Source: Paragordius varius (taxonomy: Eukaryota > Animalia > Nematomorpha). Taken from it: 64,000 nt of DNA. Both the position numbers and the translations under genes were made by a program. A model generated the notes under the pieces. It searched no databases. It saw only the letters and a list, made by a program, of their open reading frames with translations, and was not told where the DNA came from. Shown piece by piece: positions 11,320-23,600 of this stretch. The stretch spans positions 9,300,001 through 9,364,000 of the forward strand of contig OZ176054.1 of NCBI GenBank assembly GCA_964247055.1, given 5' to 3'. How positions within the stretch are numbered: position 1 is the stretch's first letter; each line of letters opens with the position of its first letter.

Positions 11320-14300
11320 CTCTATGGTATTAACAATGTCATATTCAACAAAAAAGTAAAAAAATTACTATAGAGCTCTTTTTTTTCCATTTTTTACCAA
11401 ATATTTATACCCATTTAACGAAAAAAAAATAAATTTTTGATAAAATAAAGGATACATGACTGTACATTTTGAAATATTTCGTAGATGAATAGTAACAAAT
11501 GATGAGGTTGACATTTTATAACTTTTAGGAAAATAAATGTTTTTAGAAATAGTTTAAATCCAATTTTATTACAAAAACGAAACTTACCGATTACCCAAAA
11601 ATTATTTTCGGCTCTTTTTTTAAATTTAACCATAAACAATTTAACCCTTTTTGTGTTACTTCTTACCATTATACAGGTGTATTCATAAATTACCAGTTTA
11701 ACTGAGAGAAGTGGTAATAGAAAAGTAGGCAGACGATTAGCATTACGCACAACCTATTTCGCTGATCTGACATTAAACGACAAACACATACAAGCTGATT
11801 TAAACGACTTATTATCATCATTCAGTATTCATGTCGATATCATCTGAAAGAGAACATTTGCAACACACATTGCCATCAGAAAAAGGTTGAAAGTTATCTA
11901 ATGCGACCAGAGTAACATGGTTTTGATATATTAAAAGTTGGGACTCTTGTAAAAAGTGGGCCTCTTGCAAGCCATACAACTGCGAAGATGCTAATGTGCA
12001 AGAGTTAGTGAATTGACCCCATTCAAACTTAAAAAATAGCAGCTTTATTAACCCGCATAAATCAGTAGCTAACTCAATGGAATGTTAAATCGAATATTGG
12101 AAGGTGATTTATGAGATCACGCTTCTGAAAAATGTTCTAATGACTGCCCAATTTTTGTAAAATTTATTAAACCATTATTGGATATATTTGAGATTCTTAT
12201 GATTGCATTGAAACAACATAGTTTTAATTAATAAAATCACGTTTTAGCTATAAGCGCTTTCACAACCCGAAGCGATGGTGTCCATCCCGCTGTAATATAA
12301 TACCAAATCTTGGTATTAATATTGTTAACATATTTCAGAATCTCTCCAAATTTCGTTGACTAAGCTAGCGATAATAACTGAAATATTAATGCAAAATCTT
12401 GTATTTTTTTTACCGACTGGATTTATATCTAATAAATGATGGTCTGTTGGTTTTTAAATCAAAAACGGCTCAAGTCATATTTCTTTGGTCCTCCACTATT
12501 AAATTGTCAAAATTTGATTTAATATGATATATATTAATAAGTGTAATGTTTAATTATGATATTTTAGCTCTACTAGATTAATATAAAAGAATTTAAAACA
12601 AAAGTACCACAAATTATGAATGTTTACAATATATTTGTTAAATCTAGCCCTATTTTTCAGTTTTAATTTATATACTAATTGATAGTGAAAAAAAATGGGG
12701 TTAACATAATGAATTCATTTGCCGATGTATTGGTTGTTATGTAAATCCTTGAAATAATCGATTCGATTGCATCCAATAATACATAACAGAAATTATACGC
12801 AAAATTCCACAATCCTACCAGATTCAACGATGAAAACAAAAAATATTAAATCATAAATATATGAGAAATATGCACAAAAGTTTTGTAGAAAAAAAATTAT
12901 TGTTTAATAACATATGCCATTTTGTTTTTTAGGAATCTCTTTTTCTCTCGCTCGCTCAATCGCATATATTGAAAAATATTAATTACAAATATTATAATTC
13001 GAATTAAAATTTTGTTGGATTTAACCTTCATTCGATATTTTGACAAAAGAAATGTTTTAAAAATAAATTTATTAACGTTTTTTTTGAAAAAACAAATCGA
13101 TACATCAGTTTGGATTAAAAAGTACACCAGATAAGTTTTATCATTGGATTTTTGTTCTTAAATTCTAAAGTAACTATATATATTTCTTTGACTCAAAAAG
13201 CAAAATTAATTTTACAATGGCGTTCCTGATAAACCATAAAATGAAGCCATATTTTTGAAAAATTAAACTAAAAATCGTTCATTAACCATCAATTATTAAA
13301 AGTTTTATTTTCAAATTTTCTTTGACGTAGTAACATAAGTTATTTAAGCGAACACGAAGATAAAAATTAAAAAATCAATCAATCCGATATATATAGTTAT
13401 TTTTATGTTAAATATAAAATAAAATAATATAAGAATAGGAAATGATTCGTTTGAAAATGAGCAAAAAAATTAAATATTTATATTTTACAATACATCATAA
13501 AAAACTATATAATCCTTCAGCTGTTATCTCATTCTTTACTAAATAGCAGCTAGCTTAGATCAATTGAAATATATATTTGATAAAAATATTTGTATATTAT
13601 ATTTTTTATTTTGATTTTTAGTGGCCAGTAGCGTAAAACTACATATAAACTACTGTAAAGATTCATTAATCAACCCAGAGATTATATATTGTTAACCCAA
13701 TCATACAGAATCAATCGATAATAAGGGAAAACTGAACGCAAAAAATAAGAAAATAATAAAAAAATCTATTATATATTAATAAAAAAATAAAAATAATATT
13801 GGAATATGCCAATGTTTTTTCCACCGATTATTGTGTTATAAAACATTAAATTCAGACAATATAATATATTTTTTCTATATTTTTGTATACTAGCAAAATA
13901 AATCTGCAAAACAAAATATACTTATATTATATATATTTTTCCGAATACTTTACAATATAAAATATTTTTGATTATAAATTAATATTTTTGTTAATATCGA
14001 TAAATTGAATTCTTCTTATCCAATTGACCTCTGTTATAATATTTAAAGGTAATAATTAATCTTTATTAATTTTTTTATTAGATACCTGCTACGCACACAC
14101 ATACATTTCAATATTTATCAATAAATACTTTCGCCATTTGATAATTAAATTAATAAAAATAAAATTTAATTTTTGAATATCCAAAACCAAATAATACAAA
14201 TTTGTTAATTTTTTCGAATAAATTATTTGAATTTCATTCAAATCAAGGATTTGACCTTGTTCTTTGTTTAAGATAGTCCGTCAATAAAGATATTAAAGTA

Positions 14301-14637
14301 CGTCACACAATTTTCGTTATAACTAACATTTTGGTAAAAAATATTAATTTTGATTTTTACAAATAACTATTTAATATTTTAAATTATATTCTTATAATTT
14401 CCATTTTTTGGATAAAACAAAAAAAACTTCACAAAAATTCTTTTTTGGGGTGGCTAATTTGGCATTAGTAACCAACAACTCTAATTATTTAGATTTAGTT
14501 TTCAATTTTAGATATTTCGACCCAAATATTCACATTTCCAAAAAAATTAATAACGAACCCAACCAACAAATTAATCCATCCTTTATCGTTCTGTATATCA
14601 TTTATTCTGTTTTAGTTGATTTTGAGACAAATCTGTC

Positions 14638-17600
14638 ATGGCAGCTAATAAGTATGATTGGCCATTGGATGATCATGGCTATTTGAAGCATGCAATAACC
14701 CTACCGGCAAACCCGCTAAAAGATGACCCTGTCAAATATTTAATCGTTAGCAATGAATGGAAGCTACATCATACGACACTTGTGTTAGATAATAAAAAGA
14801 TCTGTTGGGTCCCTCGCAAAGGCAAAGGTTTTGCTATTGCGGACATTGTTAGCACCAAGGGTGATCAGATCACAGTTAAAGTTGATGGAGAGGTAAAAAT
14901 TTACACATTATAACATATTTTATTACACACTATTTGGTTGAATGATTTTATTTTTCAATAATATTGCTTACATTTACTTAATTCTTATTTGTTTTTCGGC
15001 CCATAAGATTGGTGTAAAAGCGCATTATTGTAAGCCATATCTGTATTTTGAATGGTTAAAGGGGTATTTATTTCACATGTTAGTAGCCATGTATGATATT
15101 TTTTGTTTTTATTTGCATCATTTTTGACAAGAGTGTTAGATATTAAACCAATAAAAATTGCAAAAAACATGTAAATTTAATACCCTTATAGCTATTTTAA
15201 AATCTATTGTAGTAAAAATATACCGAAAACAAGGGCCAGTGTTTTGAAAACAGTCTTATGTTGTTACATGAAAAATATTTTTAATATTTCTTATTGAAAA
15301 TTATTGGTTTGTTATGGGTAGTAAATTAATTCTGAAAAATTGATAAATTGATTACGTTTCAAAGCTCTCAAAGAAACAGCTTTGCTCATAAATATTTCGC
15401 AAAAAAGTTTGGGATTAAAAAAAGTTGTCACTTTGATAGGTCTTTGCCTAAATACTGAAACATTTATTTTTCGAAACAGTAGCTAGCAATGATTAATTAT
15501 AAAGAGACCTAAAAACGTTTACGATTTAAAATTGACACCATAGTTTATAAATTTTTAATTTTATCATTGTACGATTCAATCATAATTAACTCATGTATAA
15601 ATAAAATTTATTTTAAAACCAAGGTTATGTCCTTTTAAAAAATTTTAATTAATTACGGTTTCAATCTTGCATAAAATAGCTTAAAAATGCGTAAGTTACA
15701 AAAAGTTGCAAAGTTTTGTTTTTACTATTTTTATGTTTTTCTTTCAAAAATGATTTATATCATTAGATACTAGGCCCACTATTAATCGAAATGCGCTATA
15801 CATTTAAAGAACACCGTACCCGTTATTATAAAACATTATATCATAAATACTAACCTAAAATTAATTCTCAACAGTTTTATAATGCCCAATATACAATAGT
15901 TTCGGCCCTAATGTAAATTAATAAAAACTATTTAACCAAAAACGTTACTTTTAATTATATATATACAACAGCCAATTAACCCTTATTTTTAATTATATAA
16001 CTAATTTGTAATTTGCATTAGGAAATGACGATTAACAAAGATCAAGCCCAACAAGTCAATCCGGGAAAGTTTGAGAAATGCGATGATATGTCCTCCCTGA
16101 CGTTTTTGAATGATGCCAGTGTGTTGCACAATTTGCAACAAAGATACTATATTTGGATTATTTATGTAATACGTGATACAAACTCTAAATTACTTTAATA
16201 TAGATATAGATATAAATTGGCTATAAAATTTTAGTTGAATTGGATTTTTTGAACAATAAAAGTTTAATTGAGATTTTGAATATTGACTGCCACGTTAGCG
16301 ATCCAATCTGTTATCTGTAGGGAAAAAACATCACTTGATTTCCTGTCAAATACCTATATTCTATAATGCCGAATGTAAAATTTGCACAGATAAATCAAAA
16401 ATTTTATTTTTATTCCCATTACCCAATTAAAAGACAATTTTAACCTATTAATATTGATGCTTCAAATTATAGACTTATTCCGGGCTTTTTTGTGTGGCCA
16501 TCAATCCGTATCGTAGATTGCCCATTTATTCTCAAGAGGTTGTTGAAATGTTTAAAGGAAAACGTAAGACTGAAGTACCGCCTCACGTTTTCTCGATTTC
16601 TGATGAAGCATACACCAACATGTTATCAAGTAAACATTCTCAAATATTTTTAATTGCATGGCTACGAAAAATATATTGCAAATAAACATAATTTATATTT
16701 TTTATTTCCAAAGCATATATATATTATATGATTTTACAGATCGGGAAAATCAATCTATATTGATCACGTAAGTTTTTGGATTGCAAGTTATTTTTCCAAA
16801 GAGTTAAGTGGTATCAAAATATTAGTTAGTTTAAAATGAAACAAAATTTACTAAAATGCCATTTGTCTAGTTTTGTTAATGTGCCATGTATTGTCTATGT
16901 TATAATTTTATTGTCTGTCTATCCCTTTTGAATTTAAGCGGAGAAAGTGGTGCTGGGAAAACGGAAAATACCAAAAAAGTTATTCAATACTTTGCCATAA
17001 TAGCTGCTAATAAGGGCCAAATGTCAGATCCTAACAGGGCCCATTTTAGTGCTGTAAGTTGTTGTTGTGTCTTTTATACGTGTTTTATCCATCGTCTTAA
17101 AAAAAATTTGTTATATATGTTATACAGTACCCACACTTTTATGTTGGTCAATTATCAACACAGTAGTCTATATATGGATAAAAAACAACGATCGTATAAA
17201 AATAAAAACTTTTTTCCTATCATTTACAAAACGACAAATTCGTTTATTTAATTTTGGACGAAATTTGTTTAATATCATACACTACAGTTGTATTGCTAAT
17301 TGACCAACAATAAAGAATGCACTGTAATTTGTCTATGTGTGTTTTGATGCCTCATGTCTCAACGCGTTTAAGTTAGGACGTAACCAAATGTCTTATTGTA
17401 TATATATAAACTATAGTTTAATATAAAAAATGCTAAAATATATTAGAAAATTAAAGAATAAAAATGAATTATTTTTATTACGTAAATTTACGAAAATTTG
17501 TAAATATGCACACAAGGTTTTTTTGACCATAAGGCATTTGATTATAAAAAAATATAAAAAATAAAAATAGTTAAAACATTACGATTTTTATAGATTGATT

Positions 17601-20600
17601 TGTCTATATGCTTTTGCTGTTTTTGAAAGTAATATTATACGATAGGTAAAAAGATAAATTAAATTTAAAACTGCAGTAAAAATTAAATCTATACAGACAA
17701 AATATAAAAAGTAGACAAATATTTTAAAAAAAGACAACCATATTATTACTTGATTCCTACATACCCTAAAAATTTTAGATATATTTATTTGAGTGTATTA
17801 CCAATTTACATTTTTATTCTCTATTTTAAACCCAAAACGATGACTTGTTTTAAAGATTTTTTGAAAATATTTACCTTTAGTTTTTATGTTTTGTCTGTCT
17901 ATGTGTACTTTAAAACATGATTTTAATTTTGATTCACCAAGTAACACAATATAATATTATAAATTTTTTACCCTTAATTTTTGATAAACAATATTTTTTA
18001 TTCAATTGCATTTTGTAAAACATATTTTTTATGTAATCCTTAATAAAGTGGTGAATCGGGTGCTGGTAAAACTGAAAATACGAAAAAGGTCATAGCCTAC
18101 TTTGCTATCATTGGTATGAACGAAGTTAAAAAAACCGACGAGAAAGTGAATATTCCGATTATAAAGTTAAACTTATATGAATGATTCACTGAACACTTCT
18201 TTCCAAATCAAGAACCTAAAAATGATATTTTAGAGCAGCTATTACATAAAATAAATATACATATGCATGTAAAACTCATGAGGCATCAAAATACGCGTTG
18301 AAGTAGTAAGTAGCCTTTTAAATGTAAGTTAAAATTTAAAATTTTGCAAAAATCATGTGTTTAGGGAACCTTAGAAGATCAAATTATTCAAGCGAATCCA
18401 GTGCTTGAAGCCTTTGGAAATGCTAAAACTATAAGGAATGACAATTCATCACGTTTTGTAAGTTTTTATACCATAGGGGTAGGCCCTTATATTTTTATTA
18501 ATTGGAAATACGAAAAATATTTTAAATTACCGGGCTATTCCATAATATTTATACGAATTAATACCAAAATTAGAAGAATATTTTGGCCCATTTAATAACT
18601 TAAAACCAAACTGAAAAAGGAATGCATATTCCATAAATTTTCATTTATAATGTTAAAAGACCAAAAATTATTTGATGATAAATATGCCTCTTGAGTATGT
18701 CTAACCCCTATCCAATGCCAATTTGTCTTGTCTTTAATGTTTCCTCGAAACAAAACTGTTGTATGTGTCGTGTTCAGTGAATTGTTTCCATGATAATTGA
18801 TTTGATTATTGATTCTACTTTTGCTTTTTTGTTGTGTTTCCCCCTGTCTTTGAAACTAATGTGCTTAGAAAGCATCGTTAGAAGATCAAATTATTCAAGC
18901 AAATCCTGTACTAGAGGCATTTGGTAATGCCAAAACCATTCGTAATGATAACTCCTCACGTTTTGTAAGTCTTTTTTATCTTCCTCAACTTCAAACATAT
19001 CAAATTTATATGGATAATTTTCACACAAATTATAACTAAACAATATAGATACTAGTTTTTAGTAGAAATATAATGATTTTTATCCTACAATCGTAAAATT
19101 TAGGGTAAATTTATCCGTATTCATTTTGGATCATCGGGGAAATTGGCTGGAGCAGATATCGAATCTTGTAAGTTTTAAACATAAAATACCACTTTTTATC
19201 AAAATCTATTGGTGAAAATGGTCAATTTTTAATTTTTTTGCAATCAAAGATTTATTGGAGAAAAGTCGTGTCATCTCTCAACAGCCACTTGAAAGATCCT
19301 ATCATATTTTTTATCAAATGATGTCTGGAGGTGTACCAGGATTGAAAGGTCTGTACCGACATACAAAATATTATAATATTGATTCTTATTAACGTATCCA
19401 TTTTTTGGTTACTTATTTCACACTATAGTAGGGCAATTGCAACACAGTAGTATATGGAAAAAAACAACAAAATGTTAAATAAACAATTATTTCCTTTCTT
19501 TTCCATACACTTCTGTGTTGCAAATTGCCCTACTATAGTGTGAAATAGCATCCATCAAAATTACTGTAATGGGTATACGAAATAAATGAAAGGGTATATG
19601 AATGATGGTTTTCATAAAATATATTTTGAATTTCGTTTTTGATTGTAAAAACAATTTGTTAAAATACCTAACCATATATTTTGGTTCCGTGCATTTTTGG
19701 ATTTATTAACTATATCCAATGTATTATTTAAGTTTGCATTCAATTGAGTTTTCCTTTTTAGAAATGTGCTTTTTGTCAAACAATGCAGCCGATTACCACT
19801 TTGTGGCACAAGGTAAAACCGCTATCGATGGCGTTGATGACGCTGAAGAAATGAGATTAACTGATGTATAAAATATTTACTATAGTAATTTATTAACTAT
19901 TTTTTTACCGAAACCTAATTAATTATTTGAATTTTAAATGCAGGAAGCTTTCAACATTTTGGGTTTTGAACAAAGCGAAAAAAATAACATTTTTAAAATT
20001 ACGGCAGCTATCATGCACATGGGTAATATGAAGTTTAAACAAAGACCCCGCGAAGAACAAGCTGAAACTGACGGAACAGATCGTATGAATATTATAAAAA
20101 TATAAAATTGATTATTAAAATCATGCAAATGTCAAAACTGAATCGATATTTTTCAGTCTAAATTATTAGCTCTATTTTTAAGAAAAAAGCCCGCTAATAT
20201 ATTACTTTTTATGAACCATCCTCGTATAAAACCATAAAATACTTTAAGAAAGCCAAATTAAATTTTTATCGGTTTAATTTGTATTTTTATAGCTGGAGAA
20301 AAAGCTGCACAGCTTATGGGCATCAATGATGGGGAAATGTTTAAAAACATATTGAAACCAAGAATTAAAGTTGGTACAGAATATGTGGCTAAGGGTCAAA
20401 ATTTGCAACAAGTAACATTTTATTGTTATCTATCTTTGAATAATCCATTTTGAATCTTGATATGATATATTATTTTATTAAAAAAATATTATTTAATAGG
20501 TTCAATATGCTATTGGATCTTTATCTAAAGCAACGTACGATCGTATGTTCAAATGGTTAGTCGCGCGTGTCAATAAAACTTTGGACACAAAACAGAAGAG

Positions 20601-23600
20601 ACAGTTTTTCATTGGTGTATTGGATATTGCAGGATTCGAAATTTTTGAGGTAAGTTTTTCACTGAATCTGCTTGAAATAATATGATAATCTGTAACCGGA
20701 TTAAAACATACCATAAGTCAATTGATATTTGAACTAACACTCTGAATAAGACTGAATTGTTTTAAATTTTGGCTTTAGTATCTTTCATGTTATATGGGAC
20801 CGTTTTGAACCGCTTTTAAATACTGCGGTTTACTTAATATAATTTTATATGGTACAATATTATCCTATATAGTTTAACAGTTTTGAACAATTGTGTATCA
20901 ATTTCACCAATGAAAAATTGCAACAATTTTTCAATCATCACATGTTTATTTTGGAACAAGAGGAATATAAACGAGAAGGTATTGATTGGGAATTTATTGA
21001 TTTCGGTTTGGATTTACAAGCGTGTATCGATTTAATTGAAAAGGTATTTGGGCTGTTTATTAATAATTATTCACTTTAAATTTGAAAAATAAATTTTCAT
21101 TCAAACTATTGGTCATGTTAGCCTTTGGGAGTATTCTCGATCCTTGAAGAAGAGTGCATCGTACCAAAAGCAACGGATAAAACATTTTTGCAAAAGGTAA
21201 TGGATACCCATTTGGGTAAATCTCCCTGTTTAGGAAAACCCAAAGTTGGAAAACATGGTACGCATGAAGTGCATATGGAAATTAAACATTATGCTGGAAC
21301 GGTATAAAAATATTTGCTTATATGATAAAAAAAATCATATCAATATGCGATATATTTTTATTTCATTTCATTAGTTTTGACATTTCAAATTATTTTTGCT
21401 TTGTGAAATTAGGTCCCCTACAACGTAGACAATTGGCTTGACAAGAACAAAGATCCATTGAACGAATCCGTGTTGCAAGTTTATGCTAAATCTCAAAATC
21501 ATTTATTGGCTGATTTGTGGAAGGATCGAGCCGGAGGCGGGGATGGTAATTTTACTTAAATTAAATTTTTTACAAAATTAAATTTCTGATTATGTATTAA
21601 TGAATCATTATATCATTAGATGAGAAGTCATCGGGTAAGAAAGGAAAAGGATCCAGTTTCCAAACAATTTCAGCCCTATACCGAGTAATTTTTTTATCTA
21701 AATTATATATCAACGGCATAAAAATAATTTTTTAACTCTAGGAACAATTAAATAAATTGATGACAACTTTGAAAAATACGCATCCTCATTTCATTCGTTG
21801 TATTATCCCCAACGAGCACAAAGCCGGAGGTAATTTATTATTTGATTCAGTAAAAATATGTTGATATTTGTATGGAACGACTGTTTATATTGTATATACG
21901 GATTATTATTATCATAGGTGAACTCGATGCGGATTTGGTTTTGAATCAATTGACTTGTAACGGTGTGTTGGAGGGTATAAGAATTTGTCGTAAAGGTTTC
22001 CCCAATCGTTTAATGTATGCCGATTTCAAACAACGGTAAAATATTAATGTTCTTTATCAAAACCATCAATTATATATAGATAAGTGTTAGCTAACTTTCG
22101 TACTTTGATAAATAGTTATACAATTTTGGCCCCACAAGTGGTTCCTAAAGAGGGATTTGCCGATGCTAAAGAAATAACGGCAAAGATTTTGAATGAGTGC
22201 CAATTGGAAACTAATGAATACAAACTTGGACACACTAAAGTTTTCTTCAAAGCTGGTATCCTTGGTCAACTTGAGGACATGAGGGATGAAAGAATTGGCA
22301 AAATTATTACTTATTTACAAGTAATATTATTACCCAATTAATTTGTCTTACAAATTTTGATAAAAGCAACAATATATATTATATGGGTGATAAAAATACA
22401 TAATTAGGCTTGGATTAGAGCGAATTTAATGAAGAAACGTTTCAAGAAATTGAAGGAACAACGTACAGCGCTGATCATTATTCAACGCAATATCCGTAAA
22501 TGGTTATTAATGAGAAATTGGTTATGGTGGAAACTTTATACTAAGGTAGGTTAGATTCGTTTACAAATGATATTTATTAAAATTAATAATTTTATATAAT
22601 AAATTTTTTTGATAATATTTTTTTAGGTCAAACCTATGTTGACAGCTGCTAAATCAGAGGAAGAAATGAAAAAACTCCAAGACGAATATGATAAATTAAA
22701 GGACGATTTTGAAAAAGAAAGTAATAGAGTGTGAATAATAAGATATATTTTTTTTAAATAAGGATTCAAAACCGTGACAATATTTTATTATTTTAAAATT
22801 CATACATTGAATATCAGGCAAATTACGCAAGGATCTTGAAAATAAAGCGGCAACCTTGACCCAAGAAAAAAATGATTTAAGGCTTCAATTAGAATCTGAG
22901 CGGGAATCTACCGGAGATTTAGAAGATAAGGCCGAATCCTTAATTAAGCAAAAAGCTGAATTAGAATCACAATTGGCTGATCTTAATGACCGTTTGAGCG
23001 AGGAAGAAGAAAATAATGCCAATTTATCTTCCACCCGTAGGAAATTGGAAACTGAAATGGTTGAACTCAAAAAGGTGTGTATGTATGTTAAATTTATTGT
23101 AATGTATGGCAGTGGTGCTCAATAAAAAAATTTAAAGGCCGCATAAAACAATATTTTTCTCAAGGGCACTGTACCATAAAATACAAAACAATATTATATA
23201 GCCTTTTGACATATAAGCAATTATTTGCATTCTAAATAATTAAATAAAAATTAAATGAATAAATTAGGGCGGTGGTTTGAGTTTCGCTGATGTATGGTAT
23301 TTATTTATTTCATTACATATAATAAATGATATGTTCTCATGCCATAATTTAGGATATTCAAGACTTAGAACTTTCCCTCCAAAAAACCGAGCAAGAAAAG
23401 CAAGCTCGTGAAAATCAAATCCGTCAAATGCAAGATGAAATGGCTAAACAGGATGAACTAATCAACAAAGTCAATAAGGAGAAAAAGAATTTGGATGAAA
23501 CTCTGCATAAAACCCAAGACGATCTGAATGCCACCGAGGATAAGGTCAACCATTTGAACAAAGTGAAAGCCAAATTGGAACAAACATTGGATGAATTGGA

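Noticed and set aside
11700-12500. Higher-complexity, coding-looking stretch upstream of Mhc
   Set aside because: All frames I tried contain multiple stops and no recognisable motif. It is probably an old TE remnant but cannot be assigned.
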